From an uncultured Schumannella sp. (GTDB taxonomy: Bacteria > Actinomycetota > Actinomycetes > Actinomycetales > Microbacteriaceae), in assembly GCA_964586645.1 (NCBI GenBank), contig CAZPJC010000001.1, positions 2,361 through 66,360 on the forward strand: a DNA stretch of 64,000 nucleotides, written 5' to 3'. A program made the translations under genes and the position numbers. How positions within the stretch are numbered: the first letter of the stretch is position 1; each line of letters opens with the position of its first letter. Below the pieces are notes generated by a model that saw only the letters and a list, made by a program, of their open reading frames with translations, was not told where the DNA came from and made no database searches. Shown here piece after piece: positions 27,014-36,271 of this stretch.

Positions 27014-27384
27014 AGTTGATTCTGCGCGGCGAGAAGTACGACCTTGAGTCGGCGATCTCAGATGCCACTCTGCAAACGCTGAAGGTTCTGGCGGTTTCGT
27101 CTCAGCGGTCTGGTGGGGAGAAGTTCGACTCGGTGACCATCGGCTCGATCATGGATTGCTTCACGCAGCTCGATTCGACGGACGACTACCTGGGACTGTT
27201 TGGCGACCCGGCGTTCCTCTCCTCGTTTCAGGGCTTGATCTTCCTCGCGCGGCGCAAGGCCGGGGAGCCGGTCACGTTCGACGAGTGCGGCGAATTCAGC
27301 CTGCAAAACGGCGACATCTCGTTCGACGTTGAGGACGAGGTTTCCGACGTCCCAAAAGATCAGTCGGACCAAGAGCCCCAGTAA
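27010..27384 (+). CDS. Tail assembly chaperone (short form)
   Basis: Upstream of tape measure; slippery C CCA AAA at 27351-27357. Confidence 0.8.
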   Translation: MKLILRGEKYDLESAISDATLQTLKVLAVSSQRSGGEKFDSVTIGSIMDCFTQLDSTDDYLGLFGDPAFLSSFQGLIFLARRKAGEPVTFDECGEFSLQNGDISFDVEDEVSDVPKDQSDQEPQ

Positions 27385-27584
27385 ACCTTTCGGCCTACGA
27401 CGACATCGTTTCGTCGGTCGAAGAGTGGCTGCCTCTAGTCCAGTACCACATTCCCGGTTGCGGCATTACGCCGTTCAACGTCTGGCGTCTTCCTTTCCAC
27501 TGGTGGCGGATTTACCGCGAGCTGGCGGTGAAGGCAACTGAAGACGCGAAGAAACTGAGCAAGGAGACTCGCCGTGGCAAGTAA
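27351..27584 (+). CDS. Tail assembly chaperone -1 frameshift extension
   Basis: The -1 frame stays open from the slippery heptamer to TAA at 27582-27584 (RSVGPRAPVNLSAYDD...). Confidence 0.75.
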   Translation, partial: PKRSVGPRAPVNLSAYDDIVSSVEEWLPLVQYHIPGCGITPFNVWRLPFHWWRIYRELAVKATEDAKKLSKETRRGK

Positions 27585-29259
27585 GTCTCTGAACTTCAAC
27601 CTGTTCGGTAATGACCGGACTGCGACGAAGGCAATCAAGGGGCTCGGCACTCAGGCTGACATTCTCGGTAAGGGATTCGCGAAGCTCGGCGCGGTGATCG
27701 CTTCCGCCTTTGCGGTTACGAAGATTGTCAACTTCGCGCGTACAACGGTCACCGAGTTTGCGGCAGCGCAGGATTCGCAGAACCGTCTCTCGTTCGCGTT
27801 CTCGAAGTTCCCCGCGTTGGCTGGCGCGAACGCTGACGCGCTCCGGGAACTGAACACGCAGTTGCAGCGGAAGACGAAGTTCGACGACGACGCATTCGCG
27901 GCCGGACAGTCGACCCTTGCCCAGTACGGGCTGACTGAGAAGCAGCTGAAGGACATCACTCCGCTCCTGGCGGATTTCGCGGCCAAGACGGGGACAGACC
28001 TTCCGACCGCGGCTGAGCAGCTCGGTAAGGCGATCCTTGGGCAGGGGCGTGCGCTGAAGGCTGTCGGTATCGATTTCGTCGACACTGGGTCAGCGGCAGG
28101 CAACTTCGAGCAGATCATGGCCGGCCTGCGTTCTCAGGTGGGCGGATTCGCCGAGTCCGAGGGTGCGACGTTCGTCGGGCAGCTCGAGATTCTGAAGAAC
28201 GGCTTCGGCGAGATCAAGGAAAAGATCGGTGGCCTGTTCGCGCCGGCTCTGACGCTGATCTCGAAAACGATCTACGAGAACGTGCTGCCCGCCCTTGACC
28301 GGCTTGTGGAGAAGATCGGTCCGACGCTCAAGACCTTCTTCGAGCGTGGCGCTGTAGTGCTGGGCAACTTCTTCGACGCCATCTCGAAGGCAGCCGACGA
28401 AGGCTCCATGAAGCCGATCTTGGACTTCTTCGACGGTCTCACTGGCGCGGCCCCGGTGTTCTCAATCCTTGAAACGCTCGGACGGGTGCTCGGCCCGATC
28501 ATGCCGATTCTGGCTGACGGCCTGCGCCAGGTTGGGGACACGCTTCAGCAGGAAGGCGTCCTCGACTCCATCTCGGAACTGATCGTTGACCTTCTGCCTA
28601 CCCTCGTGGATCTGTTGATCGCGGCTGCACCGCTCATTCCACCGATCGCTGATTTCTTGTCTGGCGTCCTGGTTCCGGCGTTGCAGCTGGCAGCCGGCAA
28701 CATCGGCATGGTCTCTGTCGCGATCGAACTTCTCAAGGGCAACCTCAATCCTGCCGAGTTCATGCGGGCGCTCGAGGCGCTGCCCGGGATCGGTGGCGCG
28801 TTCAAGATTCTGGGCGACTCGATCGTCAACATTACGAACACGGTTGCTGGCGCGTTCAACGGACTCATCGGCGCGATCGAGGGTGCCGTGAATGGTGTCC
28901 GGTTCCTGATGGGCATGGGGACGATCAAGCTGCCCCGAGTCGCCACCATTTCGACGGCCGCTTGGCGCGTTCCTGACATGGGACCGGCTTCTGCTGCGGA
29001 CCTGAAGTATCGACCGTTTGCGGCGGCTTCGGGTGCGCTTGTCCGGGCGACCCCTGGCGGCTCGTTTGGTGTCGTCGGTGAGGGCGGAAACGATGAGGCA
29101 GTCCTGCCGCTGACCAACGACGTGTTCGACCGTATCGGTGCTGGCATTTCGAAGAGTGGCGGTGGTGGGAACATCACGATCGAAGCGCATGGTGTCGACC
29201 CGCACACCGTCACTCAGATGATCTACCAGCGCCTCAGCTCACGGTTGGCGGTCATCTGA
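27574..29259 (+). CDS. Tape measure protein
   Basis: Ala/Gly/Leu-rich helical sequence; C-terminal A.GA.V...VGEGG.DEAVLPL. Confidence 0.9.
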   Translation: MASKSLNFNLFGNDRTATKAIKGLGTQADILGKGFAKLGAVIASAFAVTKIVNFARTTVTEFAAAQDSQNRLSFAFSKFPALAGANADALRELNTQLQRKTKFDDDAFAAGQSTLAQYGLTEKQLKDITPLLADFAAKTGTDLPTAAEQLGKAILGQGRALKAVGIDFVDTGSAAGNFEQIMAGLRSQVGGFAESEGATFVGQLEILKNGFGEIKEKIGGLFAPALTLISKTIYENVLPALDRLVEKIGPTLKTFFERGAVVLGNFFDAISKAADEGSMKPILDFFDGLTGAAPVFSILETLGRVLGPIMPILADGLRQVGDTLQQEGVLDSISELIVDLLPTLVDLLIAAAPLIPPIADFLSGVLVPALQLAAGNIGMVSVAIELLKGNLNPAEFMRALEALPGIGGAFKILGDSIVNITNTVAGAFNGLIGAIEGAVNGVRFLMGMGTIKLPRVATISTAAWRVPDMGPASAADLKYRPFAAASGALVRATPGGSFGVVGEGGNDEAVLPLTNDVFDRIGAGISKSGGGGNITIEAHGVDPHTVTQMIYQRLSSRLAVI

Positions 29260-30119
29260 TGGTCAACCTCGTCCATATCGGCGACCTCACGTTCGACGCT
29301 GAGGGGACCAGCGGTTTCATCTACACGAAGTTGCAGGGCTGGCTGTCGTCGCCGCCGATGCGGGCAGTTGTGGAGGACCGGCCGAACGGTGACGGTGCGT
29401 TCGATGTATCTCGCGACTATCGCGGAGCGCGAGTCATCACGTTCGATGGTGGCCTGGTCGGTGCGACAACGGAGGACGCTGAGGAGAACTTCTTCAACGC
29501 TTTCGCCGGCATTCAGGCGTCAGGCGAGCCGATCACTTTCTCTGTTGAGCGGGATTGGGGAACGCGTTCCTGCACCGTCTCCCTTCAGAATGTTGCCGAG
29601 GTTGAGGCGATCGGCGACGGTCTTGTGGCCGGCGTGTCTGCGCAGTTCGTCGCACGTGACCCAGTCAAGTACGGGCCCGAGGTGGACTACTCGACCGGTT
29701 TGGCGTCGGGTGGCGGTGGGCTCGAGTACGAACTGTATGAGGGTGGCGCTGGTGGTGCGCTCTACTACGGTGCGCTCGGGAACTTGGGGCGCGTCACTGT
29801 CACCAATTCGGGAACTGCTGACACGTGGCCGGTGTTCGAGGTGGCTGGTGAGCTGACGACCGGTTTCTACATTCAGAGCCTCAACGATGGTTCGGTGCTC
29901 CGGTATGACCGGGTTGTTCCGGCTGGTTCGACGGTGACGATCGATTCGCGTACAGGGTCGGTGTTGGTTGACGGGGTTTCGGATGCTTCGACGTATCTGA
30001 CCAGGGATCAGTTCTTCCCGATTCCGGCTGGGAGTTCGGTTCAGATTCAGTTCAATGCGATCTCGACGTCTTCTGGTAATCCGATGATGACGGTGACTGC
30101 GAGGTCGGGCTGGTGGTAG
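29259..30119 (+). CDS. Distal tail (Dit-like) minor tail protein
   Basis: After TMP; A.DP.KYG, N.GT..TWP, TIDSR. Confidence 0.8.
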   Translation: MVNLVHIGDLTFDAEGTSGFIYTKLQGWLSSPPMRAVVEDRPNGDGAFDVSRDYRGARVITFDGGLVGATTEDAEENFFNAFAGIQASGEPITFSVERDWGTRSCTVSLQNVAEVEAIGDGLVAGVSAQFVARDPVKYGPEVDYSTGLASGGGGLEYELYEGGAGGALYYGALGNLGRVTVTNSGTADTWPVFEVAGELTTGFYIQSLNDGSVLRYDRVVPAGSTVTIDSRTGSVLVDGVSDASTYLTRDQFFPIPAGSSVQIQFNAISTSSGNPMMTVTARSGWW

Positions 30120-31279
30120 TCCGCTTTCTGGTCGGGGATCTGCTGACGGGGCAGCGCATTCAGTGGTTGCAGCCGTTGACGGGTTCGTGGTCTGAGGTTT
30201 TGAACGATGCCGGCGAGGTGTCGTGTTCGGTGCTGCTGTCGGATCCGGTGAACGCGGCTCTTGGGTTGCGGGAGTCGGCGGCTGTAGGCAAGGCGTTCCT
30301 CGCGGCGGTTGACGGGGATCTGGTGTTGCAGGCTGGCCCGATCTGGACTCATGACTGGGACGACGATTCGCAGAGGCTCACGCTCACTGCGGCCGGGATG
30401 TGGTCGTACTTTGATCACCGCGTTTTGCTGCCTGTTCTTGCCGGACGGCTGCCTACTGATACCACGACGGACACGCGTTTCTCAGCGATCGTTTCTGACC
30501 CTGACGCGGTTGGTTATCCGTGGCCGACTGATACGCGACAGTCGTTGCAGACGATCGCTAAGCGTCTGGTGGAGCAGGCGCAGACGTGGACGAACGGCGA
30601 CGTGCCCGTGATCCTGCCTTCTGAGGTAGCGGGCTCGAATGAGCGTTGGTACAAGGGCTCGGCGCTCGCGTTCATCGGTCAGCGGCTACGCGAGTTGACA
30701 GGTGTTGTGGGTGGACCCGACATCATGTTCACCCCGCGTTGGACGTCAGATCGCCTGGGCATTGAGTGGGTTATGCGGACAGGTACACCGTCGGAGCCGT
30801 TGCTGTATTCGGCGCAGCGGCAGAAGTTCCAGCTCGGCATTGCGGGGTCGTCGTTGTCGAACCTGCGGGTGAAGGTAGACGGGTCTCGTTTGGCATCCAC
30901 CGGGTTCGCGTCCGGTGGTAAGTCGGATGGTCAGGCGATCGTCACCGTGTCTGAGGATGCGACTCTGACGGATGCAGGCTACCCGGCCCTAAACGGCGTC
31001 GACTCTTCGCATTCAACCGCTTCCGAAGAGGCGACAGTACAGGGATATTCGGACGAGCTGGTGCTGTACGGGAAGACTCCTTCGACGGTGTGGTCGTTCT
31101 CGCATGATCTGTCGCAGCGGCCGTTCTTGGAGGCTTTCAATGCGGGTGATTTTGCGACGGTGAGCGTGCGGGGGAATGCGTATCTCGAGGAGGGGGAGTC
31201 GTCGATGAGGCTGCTGGCCCGTTCGGGTGACATTGAGGGCGAGAAGGTTGCGTTGCAGTTCGCCCCGGAGGTGGTCTGA
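30113..31279 (+). CDS. Minor tail protein (baseplate hub/Tal-like)
   Basis: DLLTG..I..L, GPIW; position. Confidence 0.8.
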   Translation: MVVRFLVGDLLTGQRIQWLQPLTGSWSEVLNDAGEVSCSVLLSDPVNAALGLRESAAVGKAFLAAVDGDLVLQAGPIWTHDWDDDSQRLTLTAAGMWSYFDHRVLLPVLAGRLPTDTTTDTRFSAIVSDPDAVGYPWPTDTRQSLQTIAKRLVEQAQTWTNGDVPVILPSEVAGSNERWYKGSALAFIGQRLRELTGVVGGPDIMFTPRWTSDRLGIEWVMRTGTPSEPLLYSAQRQKFQLGIAGSSLSNLRVKVDGSRLASTGFASGGKSDGQAIVTVSEDATLTDAGYPALNGVDSSHSTASEEATVQGYSDELVLYGKTPSTVWSFSHDLSQRPFLEAFNAGDFATVSVRGNAYLEEGESSMRLLARSGDIEGEKVALQFAPEVV

Positions 31280-31915
31280 GTGGGTAACGGGTATTCGTTT
31301 GAGCCGAGTGATGCGCTTGACCAGCTTCGCCAAATCCTTCAGCAAGCGCGGGCCGGGTTGCGTGAGATTCAGGCACTCGACGGGTCCCAGATTTACAACA
31401 CCGTTCAGGACCTTCGGAACCTTCTCGACGGGCTGCTGGACGCGACCGAGGTAAACGTGTCGGGGAACATCACCTCTACAGCGGGCAATGTTACCGCGAC
31501 GGTAGGGAATGTAACCGCAGGCGGGAAGCTGTTTGCGGGCAACTGGTACGGGAACAACATCACGGGATCAGGGGGATATCGCGCGGCGTATGTCTCGATC
31601 GCTGGTGAGGCCGGCTACGTCCCGTCGTCACGACAATTCAAGCGCGACATCGAGCCCGCTGAGATCAACGGCGAAGATGTTCTCGGCATTCGACTTGTGA
31701 AGTACCGCTACAAGGAAGCGGTCAAACAGCATGGCAACGACGCGCCCACAGACGTAGGCGTAATCGCTGAAGAAGTGGACGAACTTGGCCTATCGTTCTT
31801 GATCGAATACGACGAGGAGGGACGACCGCTCGGGTTCAAGTATGAGCGACTTGCGCTCGCTGTCCTTGCCGCAGTCCAGGCGATCGAGAAGCGGGTGTCA
31901 GCCCTCGAGGCTTAG
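31280..31915 (+). CDS. Tail protein with C-terminal intramolecular chaperone (peptidase S74-like)
   Basis: SSRQFKRDI...YRY...GVIAEEV...YERL...coiled coil. Confidence 0.85.
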   Translation: MGNGYSFEPSDALDQLRQILQQARAGLREIQALDGSQIYNTVQDLRNLLDGLLDATEVNVSGNITSTAGNVTATVGNVTAGGKLFAGNWYGNNITGSGGYRAAYVSIAGEAGYVPSSRQFKRDIEPAEINGEDVLGIRLVKYRYKEAVKQHGNDAPTDVGVIAEEVDELGLSFLIEYDEEGRPLGFKYERLALAVLAAVQAIEKRVSALEA

Positions 31916-32520
31916 GCGCAGACCGGGTTTCCGTTGGCGTCAGCAGTTCCCGTGCTCGAGGCGCATGCACTGGTGTCGGGCTGGTCGGTCCCGGGAAGGT
32001 TCGGCATCGTCGCCCCCGGCGGGTAGTTCCCGTAGGTGTATCCCGGCGTAGCGGGGGGCTCGGGTGCGGGCGGCGGCGGGGGCGGCGGTGCATCCAGCGT
32101 CACGTCCGCTGAGAACACTCCGGTAGCCCCGGCGTCATCCGTGACGGTGAGCGTGACCGTGTAGGTGCCGTAGTCGCCGTAGGCGTGGCTTGAGGTTGCC
32201 CCGTCAGCCGTCTGGCCGTCGCCGAAGTCCCAGGCGTAGGAGACCAACTCTCCGTCGGGGTCGATCGAGTTGGATCCGTCGACGGAGATGGTCAGTCCAT
32301 CGACGGTCAGGAATGAGAACGACGCCGCGGGCTCGACGTTCGGCTCGTCGGTCGACTCGGACGCTACCGAGATCGTTTCGGGCTGGCTGAGGTTCTGCGC
32401 AAGCGCGACGCCGCCGAACGACATGCCGATGAGCGCGGCGACTCCCGCGGCGGCGATGCCGGCCGTGCGGAGTGGACGACGCGGCTCGGTGAGCGCGTCT
32501 GAAGGCTTCTGCTGATCCAT
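31912..32520 (-). CDS. Secreted/membrane-anchored PKD-domain protein (moron)
   Basis: N-terminal hydrophobic signal; DGSNS.DPDG...YAWDFGDG...H.Y...GTYTVTLTVTD PKD signature; Pro-rich linker; antisense to the tail operon. Confidence 0.85.
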   Translation of the reverse strand: MDQQKPSDALTEPRRPLRTAGIAAAGVAALIGMSFGGVALAQNLSQPETISVASESTDEPNVEPAASFSFLTVDGLTISVDGSNSIDPDGELVSYAWDFGDGQTADGATSSHAYGDYGTYTVTLTVTDDAGATGVFSADVTLDAPPPPPPPAPEPPATPGYTYGNYPPGATMPNLPGTDQPDTSACASSTGTADANGNPVCA

Positions 32521-32527
32521 GCGGCGA

Positions 32528-32557
32528 ATCGTACACCCGTTCCGAACGTATGTTCTA
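32528..32557 (-). promoter_or_regulatory. Leaderless promoter (-10 TACGAT) with a LexA/SOS-box-like palindrome
   Basis: TACGAT lies 7 nt before ATG 32520. CCGAAC-GTAT-GTTCTA at 32542-32557 resembles the actinobacterial TCGAAC-N4-GTTCGA box. Confidence 0.6.
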
Positions 32558-32578
32558 CCCCCATTTTGAGGAGACACG

Positions 32579-33637
32579 ATGACGGCTACTAAGCCACTCG
32601 GCACGTATGGCAATGCCGCAGGTACGGTGACGCCGCTGGATCACAAGATGGCGCAGTCTGGTCTGGTTGCGAAGACGACCACCGCTAACGTGGTCCGGGC
32701 TGGCCTCTTCTACAACGGAACCTCGACGATCGTGTCGGGGACCGCGAACATGAGCTACAACGTGGCCGCATTCTCTGCCGCTCATTCGCGTGGCGCGACC
32801 GCTGGTACGACGCTGCTGACGAACGACGCGACCTACAACGTAGCCACGACGGCCGCGCCCGGGTCGAACTCGCGTTACGACGTCGTGTACGTGTGGGCGC
32901 GGGAGTATTCGATTGATGGCACCGACTCGAACCCGGTGATCGGCGTCGTGCAGGGCACCGCGGCGGCGTCGCCGACCGTCCCGTCGCTCTCCGCCTACCC
33001 GGGCGCAATCGAGTTGGCGCGCATCCTCGTGCCGGCGGGTGTGACCGCGACGAACTCTGGTACGACGTTCACGCAGACGGCACCTTTCACCTCGGTTGAC
33101 GGCGGATCAGTAGCCTTCCGAACCACCACGGAGATGAACCTTTGGACCACCGCCCTCAACGGACAGCGGGCCCGGGATCTCGCTAACGCTGTCGACTACA
33201 AGTACGACGGAACCGCTTGGCGCGCGTTCGACACCTCATGGCAGGACGCCTCGTCGCTTCTGACGTGGACGAACCTCACGATTGGCAACGGAACCATCGA
33301 AGCCCGCATGTTCCGCATGGGACGTCGGATGAAGATGAAGACCCAGATCACGATGGGGTCTACGACCTCCGGCACGGGTCAGATCACGATGACGTTGAAC
33401 AGCGCCATCCAGGCCGCCTCGACGTACGCCACAGCTGGCAGGCAAACCTACTTCGGACGCGGCCTGCTGCTGGACATCGGTACGTCTCAAACCGAGTTCG
33501 TTCTTTGCACAGTCGCGAGCCAGACTGCTGTTCAGTTCTTGACGACATCGGGTGGTGCTGCTGGGCGTAACACTCCGGCTACGTTGACCGCCTCTGGCGA
33601 CCAGATCACGTTTGAGATCGAATACGAACTCGCCTGA
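32579..33637 (+). CDS. Tail fiber/receptor-binding minor tail protein
   Basis: SR.DVV...GVVQGTAAASP..P..P...LARI.VPAG; Thr-rich. Confidence 0.8.
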   Translation: MTATKPLGTYGNAAGTVTPLDHKMAQSGLVAKTTTANVVRAGLFYNGTSTIVSGTANMSYNVAAFSAAHSRGATAGTTLLTNDATYNVATTAAPGSNSRYDVVYVWAREYSIDGTDSNPVIGVVQGTAAASPTVPSLSAYPGAIELARILVPAGVTATNSGTTFTQTAPFTSVDGGSVAFRTTTEMNLWTTALNGQRARDLANAVDYKYDGTAWRAFDTSWQDASSLLTWTNLTIGNGTIEARMFRMGRRMKMKTQITMGSTTSGTGQITMTLNSAIQAASTYATAGRQTYFGRGLLLDIGTSQTEFVLCTVASQTAVQFLTTSGGAAGRNTPATLTASGDQITFEIEYELA

Positions 33638-34503
33638 TGGCTCGTAACGGGTATCTCGCTGAAGACGGAATCGCCCTCGTCACAGTAGAAGACGACGACC
33701 AGCTCATCGCGACCGCCGCGGCCTCCTACCTGGCGATGAAAGCCGCTGCCGCCCGCGACAGGGTTGCCCTCGCGATCGTGGAACCGGCCGGTGCGTACCG
33801 GCGCGCCTGGATTCAGAACGACATGGTTGATCATCCGGAACGGTACAACCTGAACCCTGCCTCGACGATCCTTTTCGGCCGGTATGGGCAGTCGCACGGG
33901 TGGGGCAACCGCATCGACGTCAACTCTGCCGCGTTGCCGTGGATGCTGCGGAACGCCGCCCGCTTCGGGTGGACCCGCGAGTACGGGACACGCGACCCGA
34001 ACCACTTCAAGCACGACGGAGTGACCGCGGCAGGCGGCGGTTCAACCAGCGGATCCAACACGCAACCCAACGCGATCATCGACGTCCACCAGGAGGACAC
34101 AGACATGCGAATCATCCACAGCATCCGTGCTGGCGTCGGCGAATACATCGTCTTCGCTTCGCCTACCCGGGTCGAACTGAGCCCGGAACTGTCGACCCTC
34201 CCCGCGAGCGAGCGGCAGTTCCATATCAACGTCGCCGCTGCGCAGAACGGAAAGACGCTCGACGTTTGGGACGAGACGGCTAACGGGTCCTGGTATCAGC
34301 GGGATCAGTTGGCGCGGACGATGGCGGGGATGCCGGCCGATTTCCCGCTGTCACCGACAAACCCGTGGGAGCGTCCGACTGGCGGCAGTGGTGCCGTGTT
34401 CGACCAGGCTGCACTTGTGGCGGCTCTCGCAGCAACCGTCCCGACCGAGGCTGAGATTGCTGAGGCTGTGGCTGACGAGCAGGCCGAACGGCTCAAGTCG
34501 TGA
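33637..34503 (+). CDS. Endolysin (M15-family Zn peptidase)
   Basis: NG.L, AYR...Q, G.SHGWG..ID, A.RFGW...DPNH. Confidence 0.85.
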   Translation: MARNGYLAEDGIALVTVEDDDQLIATAAASYLAMKAAAARDRVALAIVEPAGAYRRAWIQNDMVDHPERYNLNPASTILFGRYGQSHGWGNRIDVNSAALPWMLRNAARFGWTREYGTRDPNHFKHDGVTAAGGGSTSGSNTQPNAIIDVHQEDTDMRIIHSIRAGVGEYIVFASPTRVELSPELSTLPASERQFHINVAAAQNGKTLDVWDETANGSWYQRDQLARTMAGMPADFPLSPTNPWERPTGGSGAVFDQAALVAALAATVPTEAEIAEAVADEQAERLKS

Positions 34504-34772
34504 CGGCCGCGAAGACTCCAGAAGATCCACTCACCACTCTCGCCGTCGCCATCGGACGGCTAGAGGAAGGACAGAAGCATCTAATGGAGGGCTTCAAGGA
34601 TGTCAGCGAGTCTGTCCGCGACGTCCCTGTCATCCGCCGCGACGTAAACGATCTGCTCGAGTGGCGCAACGAGTGGCGAAAGGCGTCCGAGGCGCGCAAG
34701 CCCCCGTGGACTGCCATCGCCGCCGTGGTCATCGCCGGCTTCACCCTCGTCAAGCAATACCTCGGCTTCTAG
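34500..34772 (+). CDS. Lysis-region membrane protein
   Basis: Coiled coil plus C-terminal transmembrane segment. Confidence 0.7.
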   Translation: MTAAKTPEDPLTTLAVAIGRLEEGQKHLMEGFKDVSESVRDVPVIRRDVNDLLEWRNEWRKASEARKPPWTAIAAVVIAGFTLVKQYLGF

Positions 34773-34796
34773 CCGCCCACACAACTAAGGAGCATC

Positions 34797-35141
34797 ATGC
34801 CCATTCGTGAACGGTTCGCCGCTCTCATCCGCACCATCGTCCCCGCCCTCTACGGCGTCGGCATCTCCTGGCTGGTGTCTAGATTCCCGGCCGTTCAGGA
34901 TGCACTCGACTGGCTCAGCGAAACGGTCGGCGCTGACGTGTCCGCCGCGATCAGCCTCGCCGTCACCGCCCTCGTGATCGGGGCCTACTACTGGGCTGCA
35001 CGGAAGCTCGGCGCGAAGTTCCCGGCGCTCGAGAAGTGGCTGCTCGGTTCGTCGCTGGTTCCGGTGTATCCGACCGCGACCGTGCTCGTCGTCGGGCAGG
35101 ACACCGGGATCGTGGACGACTCCCGCGGCATCAACGAGTGA
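34797..35141 (+). CDS. Holin
   Basis: IRTIVP..., two transmembrane segments, YY..AR.L..KFP....LLG. Confidence 0.8.
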   Translation: MPIRERFAALIRTIVPALYGVGISWLVSRFPAVQDALDWLSETVGADVSAAISLAVTALVIGAYYWAARKLGAKFPALEKWLLGSSLVPVYPTATVLVVGQDTGIVDDSRGINE

Positions 35142-35218
35142 ACGACGTCGACACGGTTGGCGGGTACTCGGTGCCGGTAGATCCGATGGACGACATGCAG
35201 TGCGAGTCCTGCCAGTAG
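35138..35218 (+). CDS. 26-aa microprotein ending CESCQ
   Basis: GTGA-coupled to holin; MNDVDTVGGYSVPVDPMDDMQCESCQ. Confidence 0.5.
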   Translation: MNDVDTVGGYSVPVDPMDDMQCESCQ

Positions 35219-35301
35219 AGCACTGCAAAGTATTGACACACCAACCCGTATGACTTGAAAGTCATTTTTCAAGGGTCGCCCAGTGCAACATGGGCCGACC
35301 A

Positions 35302-35352
35302 GAAACGCCCCGCCTCGAGCTGCTGGATAGCTCGGGGCGGGGCGTTTCGTCG
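35302..35352. terminator. Likely bidirectional terminator between the lysis genes and integrase
   Basis: gaaacgccccgcctcgagct / agctcggggcggggcgtttc long stem between convergent genes. Confidence 0.8.
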
Positions 35353-35364
35353 TTGGGGTGGTGG

Positions 35365-36162
35365 TCAAGCGGCAATACGGGTGAGTCCTCCCGCCGTCAT
35401 CAGATCATCGTCTGCAACATCGAGGTACTGCTCGGTCGTCGAGGCTTGGGCGTGGCCGAGGAACACTTGCGCGAGCCGGATGTCGTTGCCGGACTTGCGG
35501 TAGACGATCGTTCCGGCGCGTCGGCGGAGGGAGTGCGGGTTGGAGTTGAGCACGGCGGTGATGTGTCGCCATGCGGTGGATGGGTGGATGGGGTAGATGC
35601 CGGACTTGCCGGGGAAGTAGTGGCCGTGCCTCATCCGCGTCGACTCGATCTCATCGAGGATCGCGGCAAGCTCGGGGGAGAGGTGGAGGGTGCGCTGCTT
35701 GTTGCCCTTGCCGACGACGTTCAACCATTCCTCGGAACGGTTCGACTTGTGCAGGGTGGCGATTTCGGTGACGCGGAGGCCACATTCGGCTCCGAGGAGA
35801 ATCATGGCCCGGTCGGAGATATCGTCGCATCGGATGGCAGTACGGATTGCCGCCTCTGATGCCATCCGCTGCCGGCGTCGGTGGACGGTGATTCCGGGTA
35901 GATCGCGAGTCGGGTTCGCGGGGATGAGTCCTTCACGGTGCGCCCACCCGTAGAACGATTTCAGGGTCGCCGTGGCGACTTGCTGTGTGCTCTGTGACCA
36001 CTTCCTGTCGGCATGAATGTAGGCGTCGAAGTCGTCGTGGGTGGCGGTGAGTAGATCCTGCCGGAACCAGTTCGCGAACTTGCAGAGGTAGAAGAGGCGT
36101 AGGCGGATGGTGTTGACGGTGCGGCGTTTTCGGTGCATGTGCTGGATGTACTGCTCAATCAT
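35365..36162 (-). CDS. int: Tyrosine integrase (265 aa, no arm-binding domain; C-terminal -IAA)
   Basis: GLR.TEI (R), GKGNKQR (K), HSLR, LGH, TT.QY; ATG at 36162 after GGGGAG. Confidence 0.92.
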   Translation of the reverse strand: MIEQYIQHMHRKRRTVNTIRLRLFYLCKFANWFRQDLLTATHDDFDAYIHADRKWSQSTQQVATATLKSFYGWAHREGLIPANPTRDLPGITVHRRRQRMASEAAIRTAIRCDDISDRAMILLGAECGLRVTEIATLHKSNRSEEWLNVVGKGNKQRTLHLSPELAAILDEIESTRMRHGHYFPGKSGIYPIHPSTAWRHITAVLNSNPHSLRRRAGTIVYRKSGNDIRLAQVFLGHAQASTTEQYLDVADDDLMTAGGLTRIAA

Positions 36163-36271
36163 GTCTCCCCCTTGAGATGGGAGAGACCCTACGTGGGGTG
36201 TCTGGGGTGGACTAGGCCGTTTACTGGGGTCTGCCCTACGTTCAGGAAGAAAGAGAAGATCGCCCACGGGG

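Noticed and set aside
32579-33637. Diversity-generating retroelement or invertible tail-fiber system
   Set aside because: No reverse transcriptase, no template/variable repeat pair, and no invertase seen
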